Positions 26,247-40,262 of a DNA stretch of 64,000 bases are shown here, one piece after another (positions within the stretch are counted from its first letter, which is position 1; each line of letters begins with the position of its first letter). Source of the DNA: Eledone cirrhosa. Taxonomy: Eukaryota. The notes beneath the pieces were generated by a model that was given only the letters and a program-made list of their open reading frames with translations, was not told the DNA's origin and did not search any database. The translations under genes were made by a program, and so were the position numbers. Where the stretch lies: NCBI GenBank assembly GCA_964016885.1, contig OZ024747.1, forward strand, positions 84,010,001 through 84,074,000, given 5' to 3'.

Positions 26247-26885
26247 TGTTCTTTTGTCTGGAATCGAAACTATAATAAAGGAAGGTCTGTGGGACTGCGT
26301 ACGGTTTACTTTTTTATCCCGTTAGTAAAATAAGTTGGATTACTTTGAATAAATAATGAATGAATATTACATAATTTATCTACTAAATTTCGTAAACAAA
26401 AATAATTTCGTAAAAATAAATAATTTATAATTGACTCCTTTTCAAAATTGCACTTCCGGTATATCGTTGCCGCCACCACCACCACTTCAACTACCATATA
26501 TATAGAAAGAGAGAGTATGTGATGTCAACACTCCAGTGGCGATCACTTAAATAAAAATACTAATTTTCTGTCACTAATTTTCTCCTAATGCAGTTTATAT
26601 ATAATATCGTCTTTTTTTTAATGTATCATGGATTACGTTACTGATTACATAAGACAGTGTAACAACGTCTTCGTTCAATTTCTGTTTATATTGTCAATTA
26701 CGATTTTATTTGATGTATCATATCTAAATGTATATATACTTGCGTATAATATCAATATACACACTACACATGCAAGCAGAAAACCACCCGAAGGGTGGTT
26801 TTTCTGCTAGTTTGGTTATAATAATAAATCATGCAGTTCCGACAATCTCAATAATTTAGTTGTCTTTTTAACTAGAAGGCGTGTG

Positions 26886-27078
26886 AAGGCGTGTGGCTGA
26901 TTAGTTAGAGATTTGGTGTTCGCAAACGTGAGGTTGTGAGATCGATTCCTGGACCGGGCGATGCGTTATTTCACGTTACTCCTTCTACCTGGATTTGCGA
27001 CCGATAGATAGTATTAGCAATTGGAAAGACCAACGGAAACATTGTTTCCTCGGTCCAATTTGACGAAAGTCGATCGAT
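26886..27078 (+). mobile_element. SINE family 2 subfamily
   Basis: GAAGGCGTGTGGCTGA head, B-box-like, ends GTCGATCGAT. Confidence 0.85.
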
Positions 27079-27257
27079 CTTTTTTATTTAGAATTGGCTC
27101 TTAAGTTGAAAAGGTTGTGTACCTCTCGACTAGATGTTTATTATCTCGGATAAACTTTCGCTAGTCAAAAGCAATTTTAATCCTGCGAAAACGTGTACAT
27201 AATTGGCAACGCGGTTATAATTTACCATAGGCTGGTGCATAAATAGGACTATACATG

Positions 27258-27419
27258 CAAACCCGTTAACTCTCCCCGTCTGACGGGGAGATCTCCCACC
27301 ACTTTAGGGCGGGTGGGAGGTGTCTTCTGTTGTAAAAATGGGTATAGTTTTCATTATGTAAAATCTCCCCATTTTGCCTCATTTCTCCCCGTTTGGGTTT
27401 CTAGAGATTGGCAGGTCTG
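27258..27419. mobile_element. possible hAT-like MITE
   Basis: Right end ATTGGCAGGTCTG matches the CAGACCTGCCAAC end at about 57114; internal CTCCC/GGGAG repeats; left end decayed. Confidence 0.35.
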
Positions 27420-28440
27420 ATTCATGGGTCTGAAAGTACAGAGATAAAGTGTAATACTTAAAAGAGTATCATATTTCTGATGTCTAATAAGCCACCCATA
27501 TCTCACTGCTTTATTTTTCCGATTAACTACGTAAGCTAACAAAATTTGCGACTAGGATGCATTATATAACCTAACCATTTCTCAACACATTTTTGTTTTG
27601 CAAATAAGATGCGTTTTGTTATGTTTCTTGCATCTTTCCACCAAATACTAATCTATCATTAAATTACTTCCTTTATTTACATAATTTATAGTTATTTTGA
27701 TGCTTCTCAATTCATTTAGCAATACTCACCACACATAAATCTAGGCGTTTAAAATACGGGCCTTGACGTAGAGAATACAGAACATAATTGCCAACCAGTT
27801 TTTATTTAACCTACATAAAGATTTGGAGGTTTAATGAAAACCTTCTAGCATTGTAGTGTGATACAACATCAAAAGGAATAATATAGCTTAATCATTTGCA
27901 AGTTAAACCACAAACTGGCTTATTAATTTTTATCACAAATTGTCACACGTTCTCTACTTTTAATGATACACGTGTATGTGTGAGCGTGTGTATGTGTGCG
28001 TGTGTGTGTGCGCGCGCGTGTGTATGTGAAATCTCGTGAGGGTTAAACAACTCTGATGTATTTGTATACATTTCTAACATTGATTTAATATCTTTTACAT
28101 ATTAATGTTAATATTAATGTATAATATAATATATAAATATAGACCATGACAAAATCCTAGGAGCTAAAAATGAAAATAGGTGTTGGAAAGACATAAAAAT
28201 TCCTTTGAATTATGTAAACAAACATCGTGTTGTTGGATCTGAGACTAAATAGTGAATATGAAATTATAGAACTCAGCTTAAATTAAGATTTTATTGACCA
28301 GGGTTCCAGCTATGGTCGCTGAACTCTTGATGGAATCGTATGGAGGTCGACAAACGGTGAGCCTTGGATATGTTTGGACCTGGTAGAGACCATCCATCTC
28401 CGAATCTGAGCAAAGCCGATTACTTAGAAACAGAGAGAAG

Positions 28441-28483
<43 letters not shown>

Positions 28484-29029
28484 AGAAGAAGAAGAATCTA
28501 TAAATACAACAGCAACAACAACAACAACAAAGTAGTGTGGTATTTGGTGAGAAGACACTAATCTGGCTTTTGAAATATAATGTTATGTAATTAAAAGAAA
28601 ATTGTATGATCTTCAATGATAATGATGCTGATATTGATGATGATGATGGCGGTGATGATGAAGAAGAAGAAGAAGAAGAAGAAGAAGAAGAAGAATTTTG
28701 AGGGATTTAGTAAGATGATTATTTCATTACTAAGATAGTATCTGGATATATAGTTCTGACATAAAATTATGTTAGAACACAAACTTAAATAGGAATTCTT
28801 TCAAAGTGGTGACTTTGTTCCATAGAATATATAGAATCATTAGAACATCTGACTGATAAGATGACAAATCAGTCAATCATATTGGTGGCCTCCCCACAGC
28901 CCCGGCGGACAGAATGGAGAAGGCGTTTCCCCAGAGGACGGTAAAAACCGATTTTGGCCGCACTGGTATAAAAAAAAGGAAGGAATAATGTTTCTGTGAC
29001 ATTCATACTTTTTTTTCAAAAGCATTAGA

Positions 29030-29149
29030 GATATAACTGATACTAGGGATATAACTGATACTAGGGATATAACTGATACTAGGGATATAACTGATACTAG
29101 GGATATAACTGATACTAGGGATATAACTGATACTAGGGATATAACTGAT
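29030..29149. repeat. 18-bp minisatellite, about 6.5 copies
   Basis: GATATAACTGATACTAGG repeated. Confidence 0.95.
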
Positions 29150-29922
29150 TCCCAGTTGGAGAGAGAACCCTAGTTTACTGAGTTGGGTCACTAATATTAA
29201 GAAACTTCCCTAAATTACAATGCCATGAGGCATTTTAATAAGTCGGTTGCCAGGAATTAACCATGTAACAGAACACTCATCACTAATGTAAATATTAAAA
29301 TACAGCATCTAATAGTACTAACGGCTGAAATACTTGTTAAAATAGGCTGTTGGTTTTGGCTGTAAACCATGTTGATAGTAGATAAACAATGACATTTAAG
29401 TAAATGATTCAAATCTGAAAATATGTTATTGTCCATTTTATTTATATTTGTTTCATTAGCAGTAATTATGGTTCGTATCCTGAATGTTCTAAGAATGTTC
29501 TCAGTCATTACTTTACATCCACCTACAGTCATTGTATGTTGATTTTATTACATACATACGTACATACATACATACGTACGTACATACATACATACATACG
29601 TACGTACGTACGTACATACATAGATACATACATACATACACACACATACATACATACACACATACAAACATACATACATACATACACATACATAGATACA
29701 TACATACACACATACATACACACACATACATACACACACACATACATACATACACAGACACACACACACATACATACGTACATACATACACACACACAAA
29801 CATACATACATACATACATACATACATACATACATACATACATACATACATACATGATGATGGCTGCCCCCTCGTTATCGAGTATGGCTATTGCACGAAA
29901 AAAAAATAATAATGAAATAAAT

Positions 29923-29968
<46 letters not shown>

Positions 29969-30146
29969 TACACACATATATACATACACACACACATACA
30001 TATATACACACATACATACACACACACACTCATACATACATACACATACATACATATATACACATACATACATACATACATACATACATACATACATACA
30101 TACATACATACATACATACATACATACATACATACATACATACATA

Positions 30147-32153
30147 GGGGCTGCATAGATCAACTAGTAACTAATAAAATGATTCAAGAAAAAACAACAA
30201 AGAATCGCAGAAACATGACTGTGGTGTGGCTGGACTATCAAAAAGCATTTGATAGTGTACATCATGGGTGGATTTTTAAGGCTTTACAGTTAGCCAAAGT
30301 CCCACAACCACTGGTAGCTGCTGTTGAACGCCTGACCAAGAACTGGTACACCAATTTGATCCTTAGCTTAGAGGTGAGAAGGAGCAAGTTAAGACTGATA
30401 AGATACATTACCAGAAGGGCATCTTTCAGGGTGATAGCTTGTCAGTGCTACTCTTCGTTCTCTCACTAAAGCCACTATCTTACCTACTCAGGAAACAAGG
30501 TGGACAAAGAAGTGGGTCCAGAAGTATCTCCCATCTTTTCTTTGTTGATGACCTGAAGTTGCATGGGCCAAATATCAATGATATCAAGAAACAATTGGAC
30601 CTCATTACACAATTTTCAACAGACATCAAAATGAAATTTGGTGAGTCCAAGTGTGCATATTTGGCAGTAAAACGTGGAAGAGATGTGCCTTCCTCTAGAA
30701 ATCTAGAGATGAACGGCCTGACAATACAACCTCTACAGTCAGGTGACAACTACAGATATCTTGGACAGGATGAGAATGTCAGATATGATGGACCCATAAA
30801 TAAGGAGAGAACCAGAACTGAATACCTCAGAAGAGTAAAGAAAATATGGTCATCAGAACTGTCAGCGTACAACAAATACATTGCCCACAATACTTATGCT
30901 GTGCCAATTCTAACGCCAACATTTGGCCTGCTGAACTGGTCATTGCAAGAACTAAGTGAGATGGATGTTAGAACTCGCAAACTTCTCAGTGTTACTGGGA
31001 ACTTTAACATCAATGGTGATGTGGATAGGCTATACTTCTCACGCAAGGAAGGTAGCCGGGGTCTAAAATCCATATTAACATCACATGAGACCCGGATAGT
31101 AACACTGAAGCAACATCTTCAACAGATGAAAAAGGTTGGCAACCATCTTGCCCAGGTTTATGAGCATGAAAAAAAAACATCATTAGGATAGCCACTGATC
31201 TGGAGGAGAGATATGGAATAAAGCCTGATATAAATCTCTCACCCAGAGAAATCGGAAGATCCTATTCAATGTTCAAACAAGATAGAAAAATTGACCAATT
31301 TACAGAAAAAGTTGTGCATGGATACTTGAGACGTAAAATACAGACCATAGAGGGGATAAACCACTCAAAAAGCCTGGCATGGAGTTCCGACAAGTTTATG
31401 ACATCACACCTTGGGGGATATCTCTATGCAATACAGGAATAAGAGCTCCCTACAAAATATTTGCTGCACAAAAGGCGAGGGCCATCAGCTGACAATAAAT
31501 GTAGGCTATGTAAAACAAAGATCGAGGATGTAAGCCACATTGTTGCCAGCTGCGAAAGAATGTCATCTCGCTACTACCTCCCCATGAGACACGATGGGAT
31601 AGCTAGAACCATCTGGAACGCACTTCGGAAAACAAAATTAGCAACAAACGAGGAAGAATATATTGAGACAGATGGCACTAAGGAATTCTGGTGGAACCTG
31701 AAAATAAAAACTGCCACAAAATTAAAGCACAACCGGCCTGATATTGTTGTTTGGGACCACACATTGAAAACGTGTTCTGTTGTGGAGATCAGCTGCCCAC
31801 TTGATGTAAACGTTGTCAGAAAAATACAGGAGAAGGAGGACATCTACGGACCATTGATGAGGAGTTTACAAATCCAGTATCCAAGATACACCTTTAGCTC
31901 ATACCCATCATTATTGGAGCTACGGGTTATATACCAACCCGCTTGGACCAAAGTATGACTGAACTTGGATTTGCGGACAAAGAGCGTAGCTCCCTAATTC
32001 ATAGTCTACAAATGGCTGCGATAGCTGGCACCTTCAAAATTTGCAAAACATTCTTGCGATTCAAGGGATGACAATTTCTTTTCTTTTACAACCTTGCCAC
32101 CAGGAAGGTGGCCGGTCAAAAAAAATATACTCAAAATTAAGAGAAAGAGATAA
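30147..32153 (+). mobile_element. 5'-truncated R4/Dong-like non-LTR retrotransposon (RT, CCHC knuckle, restriction-like endonuclease), frameshifted
   Basis: GCIDQL, WLDYQKAFDSV, GIFQGDSLS, HLFFVDDLKL, YRYLG, CRLC-x7-SHIVASC, RHD, NRPDIVV and VEISCP motifs; (CATA)n on both sides. Confidence 0.9.
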
Positions 32154-32294
32154 CATACATACGTACGTACGTACGTACATGTATATATGTATGTTCTTCT
32201 AGTTTCATTGTTTTATAAATTTTCACCAATATAGAGTCGGTTTCATAGGAATTTAGATATCAACTAGGTTATTGTGTATGTATGTCAAGGTGTT

Positions 32295-32670
32295 TGTGTG
32301 TGCAGATAAAGTAACCAGATAAAGGTTTCTCTTTATACCATTTATATTCTTAGCATAAAGTTTCAGGTCATCTCCAAAGGAGCTATGTTTTAGGTTTGTG
32401 TCTCTGGTTTCCTGTGAACCAATTACATATCCTCCTTATTTCCTCAGCATAAAAGACAAGGGGTTTACTAAGAGTATAAATAGAATCACAGAGAGACTGT
32501 CTCCTTGAAATATACGCCTGTGATATACTATTTTATCAGTGACAATATAGTCTTAGTTCTATGTATTTAACTTCAGGATCGTGGTTTATGAAGAAGATAG
32601 GTTCTCTATGGCTCTGAGAATCTTGTCTGGGACATAGCAATTTCTAACATACAGGAGAAAACCTGGATGG
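32295..32670 (-). pseudogene. older R4/Dong-like RT fragment, absent from the ORF track
   Basis: Minus strand reads RRIFQGDSLSVILFILLVNPLSFMLRK*GGY..HSSFGDDLKLYAKNINGIK, which parallels ORF 30439. Confidence 0.75.
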
Positions 32671-32958
32671 TTATAGCTGGGAAGTCTTTGATGACAGGAC
32701 TGTTTGATAGGGTCTCAACTAGGATTAAACAGCAATAGCAACCACAACATCTTACATAATCAAGTAGACATTACCACTCTCTAAAACCATCTCAGTTTGA
32801 CACCACTACCTATCACTTGGTGCTCTTTAATGGAGTCCACCCTGTTGCAAGCATTTTTCTGCAAGATATCGACTGCGTTCTGTTCTGAAGAGAGGATGAA
32901 CCCCGCTAGGTTTAAAGCCGGATCTCCATTGTCACCCTTATGACTCAATCAGGTGTAA

Positions 32959-33161
32959 CAGATCCATACATACATCCCTACTAAAGCAAGGTTTAGTCAT
33001 GTGGGCCCTCAGATCCATACACACAACCCTACTAAAGCAAGGTTTAGTCATGCGGGCCCCCAGATCCATACACACAACCCTACTGAAGCAAGGTTTAGTC
33101 ATGCGGGCCCCAGACCCATACATACATCCCTACTAAAGCAAGGTTCAGTCATGGGGGCCCC
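32959..33161. repeat. 51-bp minisatellite x4
   Basis: CAGATCCATACACACAACCCTACTAAAGCAAGGTTTAGTCATGCGGGCCCC repeated. Confidence 0.9.
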
Positions 33162-33597
33162 ATGATATGCTTCATATTCATCAATGGGGTTCTTTTTGAG
33201 GCAATGTTTTTCAGCCGGATGCTCTTCCTGGCGCCAATCCCTTTCAGTTGCCACTTACAACATGCAGAGATACGACGTGCCTATTCTAAACCGGATACCC
33301 ATAGCTATCTTACTGTATCTATAACGGTAACTTCACATTGAGGAATTGGCAGTTAATTCGTCATATTTACACTGTCTCAAGACCAGATATTACTAAATGT
33401 AAACTTTTGGCATTCTAAACTTGCAAGTGTTCCAAATAACTTAAAAAGCGTAGCATTGCCAAGCTCATCATTTTCATGTTTTTCTCTTATCAAATCGGAA
33501 TAGGCAAAGAGTCAAGAGAAAAAAAGTTACATTACACATCAATTTTATTTCAAGTCCCCATTTTATATATCTGTGCGTGTGTTTGTGTATGTGTATG

Positions 33598-33662
<65 letters not shown>

Positions 33663-33664
<2 letters not shown>

Positions 33665-33855
33665 AAAAGGTTCAGGACTCCGGCGGCAGAGCTCAAGCCG
33701 TTTCGACGGCTATTTCTGTCCAGAAGTTGCCGTCGAAACGGCTTGAGCTCTGCCGCCGGGGCCTTGAACCTTTTCCTATTACCCGCTCTACTACCCATAA
33801 TATCGAGTACTCTGGTGCGTTATGGTCCACCTGGTTCCTTATCACACTTCCTTCG
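33663..33855 (+). mobile_element. fold-back insert, family A (copy 2)
   Basis: Hairpin 33663-33776 plus 79-nt tail. Confidence 0.85.
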
Positions 33856-34218
33856 TTATATATATATGTGTGTGTTTAGTCAAACATACATACAGATACA
33901 AAGCATATATACACATGCACACATACAATTCAAAACATACACATCCAACATACAATAACATCCATATCTACACATGCAGGCATGCATACATAATCTACCT
34001 AGTTGATGTTGTGTAAATTCCAATGAGAGAGTCTTGTGTCTATGTTAGAAACCGACTCTCTCTCTATTGCGAAAAATACTAAGATTGATATGTATATATT
34101 GGGAAAAATGTGTGAAATTATAAAACCAGAAGAACACACATACATACAAACATACATACATACATACATACATACATACATACATACATACATACATACA
34201 TACATACATACATACATA

Positions 34219-34393
34219 CAAAGAGCGCAGCTCCATAATTCATAGTCTACAAATGGCTGCGATAGCTGGCACCTTCAAAATTTGCAAAACATTCTTGCGA
34301 TTCAAGGGATGACAATTTCTTTTCTTTTACAACCTTGCCACCAGGAAGGTGGCCGGTCAAAAAAATATACTCGAAATTAAGAGAAAGAGATAA
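34219..34393 (+). mobile_element. 3' tip of the R4/Dong-like element in (CATA)n
   Basis: Near-identical to 31978-32153. Confidence 0.9.
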
Positions 34394-34574
34394 CATACAT
34401 ACATACATAGTGGTCTAAGCTGTAATAAAAAACATTTGACGAAGGTGTTTCGCTCAGGGACTGAACAGGAAACCAAGTGGTTGTAGAACGAACTCCTGCG
34501 CATATTTTAATTGTTTGTTTTTGTTTTGTTTTAATAATCTTCGGTATTATTTTTACACATTTTATTAAGTAAAT

Positions 34575-35074
34575 ATATTAAGTAAATATTGATATGTATA
34601 TATATATATAAGTACTAAGATTGGTATGTATATATATATAAGTACTAAGATTGGTATGTATATATATAAGTACTAAGATTGGTATGTATATATAAGTATA
34701 TTGGTATGTATATATAAGTATATTGGTATGTATATATAAGTATATTGGTATGTATATATAAGTATATTGGTATGTATATATAAGTACAAGATTGATATGT
34801 ATATATAAGTATTAAGATTGATATATATATATAAGTATTAAGATTGATATGTATATATAAGTAGTAAGATTGATATATATAAGTACTAAGATTGATATGT
34901 GTATATATAAGTACTAAGATTGATATATATAAGTACTAAGATTGATATGTGTATATAAGTACTAAGATTGATATGTGTATATATAAGTACTAAGATTGAT
35001 ATATATAAGTACTAAGATTGATATGTGTATATAAGTACTAAGATTGATATGTGTATATATAAGTACTAAGATTG

Positions 35075-35116
<42 letters not shown>

Positions 35117-36470
35117 TAAGATTGATATGTATAAATAAGTACTAAGATTGGTATATATATATATAAGTATTAAGATTGATATGTATATATAAGTACTAAG
35201 ATTGATATGTATATATATAAGTACTAAGATTGATATGTATATATAAGTACTAAGATTGATATGTATATATATATATATATATATATACTAAGATTGGTAT
35301 GTATATATATAAGTATTAAGATTGGTATATATATATATATAAGTACTAAGATTGGTATGTATATATATAAGTACTAAGATTGATATGTATATATATATAA
35401 GTACTAAGATTGGTATGTATATATATAAGTACTAAGATTGGTATGTATATATATAAGTACTAAGATTGATATGTATATATATAAGTACTAAGATTGGTAT
35501 GTATATATATAAGTACTAAGATTGATATATATATATATAAGTACTAAGATTGGTATATATATATATAAGTACTAAGATTGGTATGTATATATAAGTACTA
35601 AGATTGATATATATATATATAAGTACTAAGATTGATATGTATATATATAAGTACTAAGATTGGTATGTATATATATAAGTATATTGGTATGTATATATAT
35701 AAGTACTAAGATTGGTATGTATATATATAAGTACTAAGATTGATATATGTATATATAAGTACTAAGATTGGTATGTATATATATAAGTACTAAGATTGGT
35801 ATGTATATATATAAGTACTAAGATTGATATGTATATATATATAAGTACTAAGATTGATATGTATATATATAAGTACTAAGATTGGTATGTATATATATAA
35901 GTACTAAGATTGGTATGTATATATATAAGTACTAAGATTGATATGTATATATATATAAGTACTAAGATTGATATGTATATATATAAGTACTAAGATTGGT
36001 ATGTATATATAAGTACTAAGATTGATATATGTATATATAAGTACTAAGATTGGTATGTATATATAAGTACTAAGATTGATATATGTATATATAAGTACTA
36101 AGATTGGTATGTATATATATAAGTACTAAGATTGGTATGTATATATATAAGTATATTGGTATGTATATATATAAGTACTAAGATTGGTATGTATATATAT
36201 AAGTACTAAGATTGGTATGTATATATATAAGTACTAAGATTGGTATGTATATATATAAGTACTAAGATTGGTATGTATATATATAAGTATATTGGTATGT
36301 ATATATATAAGTACTAAGATTGGTATGTATATATATAAGTATATTGGTATGTATGTATATAAGTACTAAGATTGATATGTATATATATAAGTACTAAGAT
36401 TGGTATGTATATATATAAGTACTAAGATTGGTATGTATATATAAGTACTAAGATTGATATATGTATATAT
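34575..36470. repeat. 1.9-kb minisatellite, AAGTACTAAGATTG(G/A)TATG(TA)n, unit about 26-32 bp
   Basis: Direct inspection. Confidence 0.95.
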
Positions 36471-36471
36471 A

Positions 36472-36625
36472 AATGTTTCTACTTTAGGCACAAAGCCAGC
36501 AATTACCCAGTGCATTACTGGTACTTTATTTTATCGACCCCGTAAGGATGAAAGGCAAAGTTAACCCCGGCGAGATTTGTTAAAGGGAGGTAACTCTATG
36601 CTTCAAAGCATGGCGTCCAACTTTA
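36472..36625 (-). mobile_element. SINE family 1
   Basis: Core match. Confidence 0.8.
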
Positions 36626-36756
36626 TCCATTATCTACATTTTTCCTCTTCCTGTGAGTGTTGCTGCTTCTAAATTGTATTTTCTTTTCTTTTCATTTTGT
36701 TTTATTTTTTTCATTCTATTCTGAGTTTTGTCTGTTTTGCTTCCTTTCATTAGTCA

Positions 36757-37256
36757 TTCTTCTTCTTCTTCTTCTTCTTCTTCTTCTTCTTCTTTCTTCT
36801 ATCTTCTTCTTCTTTCTTCTATCTTCTTCCTCTTCTTCCTTCTTCTTCTTCCTCTTCTTCCTTCTTCTTCTTCCTCTTCTTCCTTCTTCTTCTTCTTCTT
36901 TCTTCTTCTTCCTTCTTCTTCTTCTTCTTCTTCTTCCTTCTTCTTCTTCTTCTTCTTCCTTCTTCTTCTTCTTCTTCTTCCTTCTTCTTCTTCCTTCTTC
37001 TTCTTCCTTCTTCTTCTTCCTTCTTCTTCTTCTTCTTCTTTGTAACATAGAGTTAAAGCCCTTTACGTTCTGTGTTCAAATCCCACCGAGGTTAGCTTTT
37101 CCTCTCACCCTTACGAGGCCGATAAAATAAAGTACCAGTAATGCACTGGGGTCGATTTAATCGATTTTCCCCTCTCCCCAAATTGCTGGCCTTGTGCCTA
37201 TAGTAGAAATCATCATTTTCTTCCTTTGTACCCCCTGTTGCACCTCCACCACGTCG

Positions 37257-37292
<36 letters not shown>

Positions 37293-37372
37293 CCACCATC
37301 CTTATCATCATCATCATCATCATCGTCATCATCATCGTCATCATCATCATCATCATCACCACCACCATCCTT

Positions 37373-37403
<31 letters not shown>

Positions 37404-37881
37404 CCACCACCATCCTTATCATCATCATCGTCATCGTCATCATCATCATCATCGTCATCATCTTCATCATCACCACCCCCACCATCACCATCATCACCAT
37501 CACCACCCCCACCATCACCATCATCATCATCATCACCATCACCACCATCACCATGATCATCATCGTCATCGTCATCATCATCATCATCGTCAACACCACC
37601 ACCACCACCACCACCACCACCAGCAACTCCTTCGCCTTTGTTCTTATTAGTGTTTAACATCACTCCCATCACTATAATCTACCTCTCTTGCTGCCAAATT
37701 ACAGAACACCATTTTATTTACGACGGTCATAAAAATGTTCCGTCAAATCTACTTCTTCGATTTCAAAACGAAAGTTTCTGCCATTAGTAATGTCACTCGT
37801 ACAGCTATAAAAATAATAAGGCGTGTGAACAAAAACCTTCTTTGCTTTAATGTGTATCCATATGTGTGTGTGGGGGGTGGA

Positions 37882-37977
<96 letters not shown>

Positions 37978-38192
37978 GAGAGAGACAGAGAGAGGGACAG
38001 AGAGAGGGAGAGAAAGAGAGAGAGAGAAAGAGAGAGAGGGAAAGAGAGAGACAGACTGAGAGAGAGAAAGAGAGAGAGAAATAGAGAGAGAGAGAAAGAA
38101 AGAGAGAGAGAGAGAGAGAAAGAGAAAGAGAGAAAGAGAAAGAGAGAGAGTGAGAGAGAGAGAAAGAGAGAGAGGGTGAGAGAGAGAGAGAG
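36757..38192. repeat. (CTT)n, (CAT/CAC)n and (GA)n low-complexity arrays with an embedded SINE family 1 copy (about 37045-37212, +)
   Basis: Direct inspection. Confidence 0.9.
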
Positions 38193-38491
38193 AATTAGAT
38201 ATCCGTTGGATGGTTCAGTTGTATTAACAACGAGACAGTCTGCTTGCAAAATTAACGTACAAGTGATGGAGAATTCTACAGACACGTGTACCTAATATAG
38301 TTCTCTGTCTCTAAAAGATTCAGCGTGTCACAATATGTGGCAAGACTGGTTCTATGAATTACACGTATAACTCATTTTTTGCCAATAACTTGGAGGGATT
38401 TAATGAAACAACTTCCACGTTAAACTGGTGTTTGGGGTATAACTTTATAAACATTCTTACACTATGTTATGGCGGATAGCTTTTAGATATA

Positions 38492-38960
38492 TACTAGCAG
38501 AATGGCCCGGCGGTGCTCAGGATTTGCTCTAGGGTTCTTATATATTTGATATATATTTATCCTTATCGAGCCTCCTGAAATAAATACGTTTGTTTATATT
38601 TTGTTATTGTGTATGCAAAAATATCTGTACACGAATATATAATTATATATATACATATATATATATATTAAAATAACAGATTAAAGTTTAATCGAAATAA
38701 ACAACTCTATATCGCAGAACCCTGGATGGTTTCGTGTGTTCTTATACCAAATGGATACCGTGGAAAGGGAAATTAGAGTTTGTGATATTCATGTTTTTCT
38801 CAAATATATGCACAGTAGGGGTAAAAGTAAATGTTTTCATACCTCAATGGAAACATTATTGCGGAGTCGACCAACTTTAGCAGGAGATTACTACTTGCAT
38901 CATTGAACATTTTTGTGGTAACAGATTAACAGTTCAACTTCATAATTCTCCTCATAAATG
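38492..38960 (-). mobile_element. Helitron-like element (3' end at 38492)
   Basis: Minus strand GAGCACCGCCGGGCCATTCTG-CTAGT; distal boundary uncertain. Confidence 0.5.
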
Positions 38961-39190
38961 TGTGTTTTTAATATATATATATGTGTGTGTATATATATAT
39001 ATATATATTGGGAGTGTAACGTGCAGTTACTGTAGGTTCACCCGAGTGACCACTCGATGCGTAGTTTCCAGTCTGTAAAGAGGTGTAGAACTAAACAGAG
39101 GTATAAATCATAATCTATAATATAATGATAAAAGGACGATTTGTTATGTCTTCATTACGTAAACGTAATGAAGACATAACAAATCGTCCT

Positions 39191-39516
39191 CCGCCGAGGT
39201 TAACTTTGCCTTTCATCCTTATGGGGTCGATAAAATAAGGTACCAGTCATGCACTAGGGTCGATTTAATCGACTTTCCCCTCCCCTATATATATATATAT
39301 ATATTTATATTGAAGGCGCGAGTTCAATTCTCGGACCGGGTGATACGTTGTTTCCTTGAGCAAGACACTTTATTTCATGTTGGTCTCTCTGCCAGGAGTT
39401 GTGACCGGTAGATAGAATCAGCAAAGGAAAGATAGTTGCCGTGTTCTGATTTGTCGAGGTCCACCCAACTCAGCAAGTGAATGAGGTCTGGGATCTTTTC
39501 GATCGATCAGAGCGAG

Positions 39517-39520
<4 letters not shown>
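39191..39520 (+). mobile_element. truncated SINE family 1 (39191-39285) and SINE family 2 (39312-39520)
   Basis: Core matches. Confidence 0.75.
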
Positions 39521-39562
<42 letters not shown>

Positions 39563-39631
39563 AAAAAGAGATGAAATCGAAAATGCAACTGAAGTCTTAT
39601 TTTTTTTTTAAATATATATATTTATTTGGTT

Positions 39632-39669
39632 CCTTTACCGGTTTCGCAGTTCTTCTGCTTTTCAAAAGG
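39632..39669 (-). ncRNA. U3-A8 variant minimal hammerhead (left arm)
   Basis: Reverse complement of 40263-40300. Confidence 0.75.
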
Positions 39670-40262
39670 TGAGTTGAGATGGAGGGTCTGTGGTTTTTCT
39701 CACATCTGGTTGGTCTCTAAATGTTACTTGTTTTATATGGAAAAAGTGGCTCGAAAGCCAGGTTTTTCGAGAAGTAATTTGATTGGTTTGTCAATAATTA
39801 TAATAAATTTCGCGCCAGTTCGCATTACAATAGTTCTTCAAATAAGAGAGGGGGGGGTGTCACAGGTTGTTTTTTTCATATATGAGTGTTTGAATTTCTT
39901 TTTACTTGAAAAAATGAGGCTCACGAAGGCTTTTTTGGGGTTGGTTGTAAATGAAATTTATATATATATTTATTAAAATAACAGATTAAAGTTTAAGCAA
40001 AGAATCGCTGCTTTCACCCTTAACGGAATCTTCTGAAACTCATATATGAAAAAACAACCTGTGACAACAACCCCCCCCCCCCTCTCTTATTTGAAGAACT
40101 ATTGTAACGCGAACTGGCGCGAAATTTATTATAATTATTGACAAACCAATCAAATTACTTCTCGAAAAACCTGGCTTTCGAGCCACTTTTTCCATATAAA
40201 ACAAGTAACATTTAGAGACCAACCAGATGTGAGAAAAACCACAGACCCTCCATCTCAACTCA

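Noticed and set aside
34575-36470. Repeat-spacer-like array
   Set aside because: The apparent spacers are only variable (TA)n.
36657-38295. Poly-D, S, R/E and L ORFs
   Set aside because: Tri- and dinucleotide repeats.
40085-40135. Possible second hammerhead in the family F arm (TTGAAGA..GAAA)
   Set aside because: The 3-8 pair is non-canonical and helix II does not abut the core.
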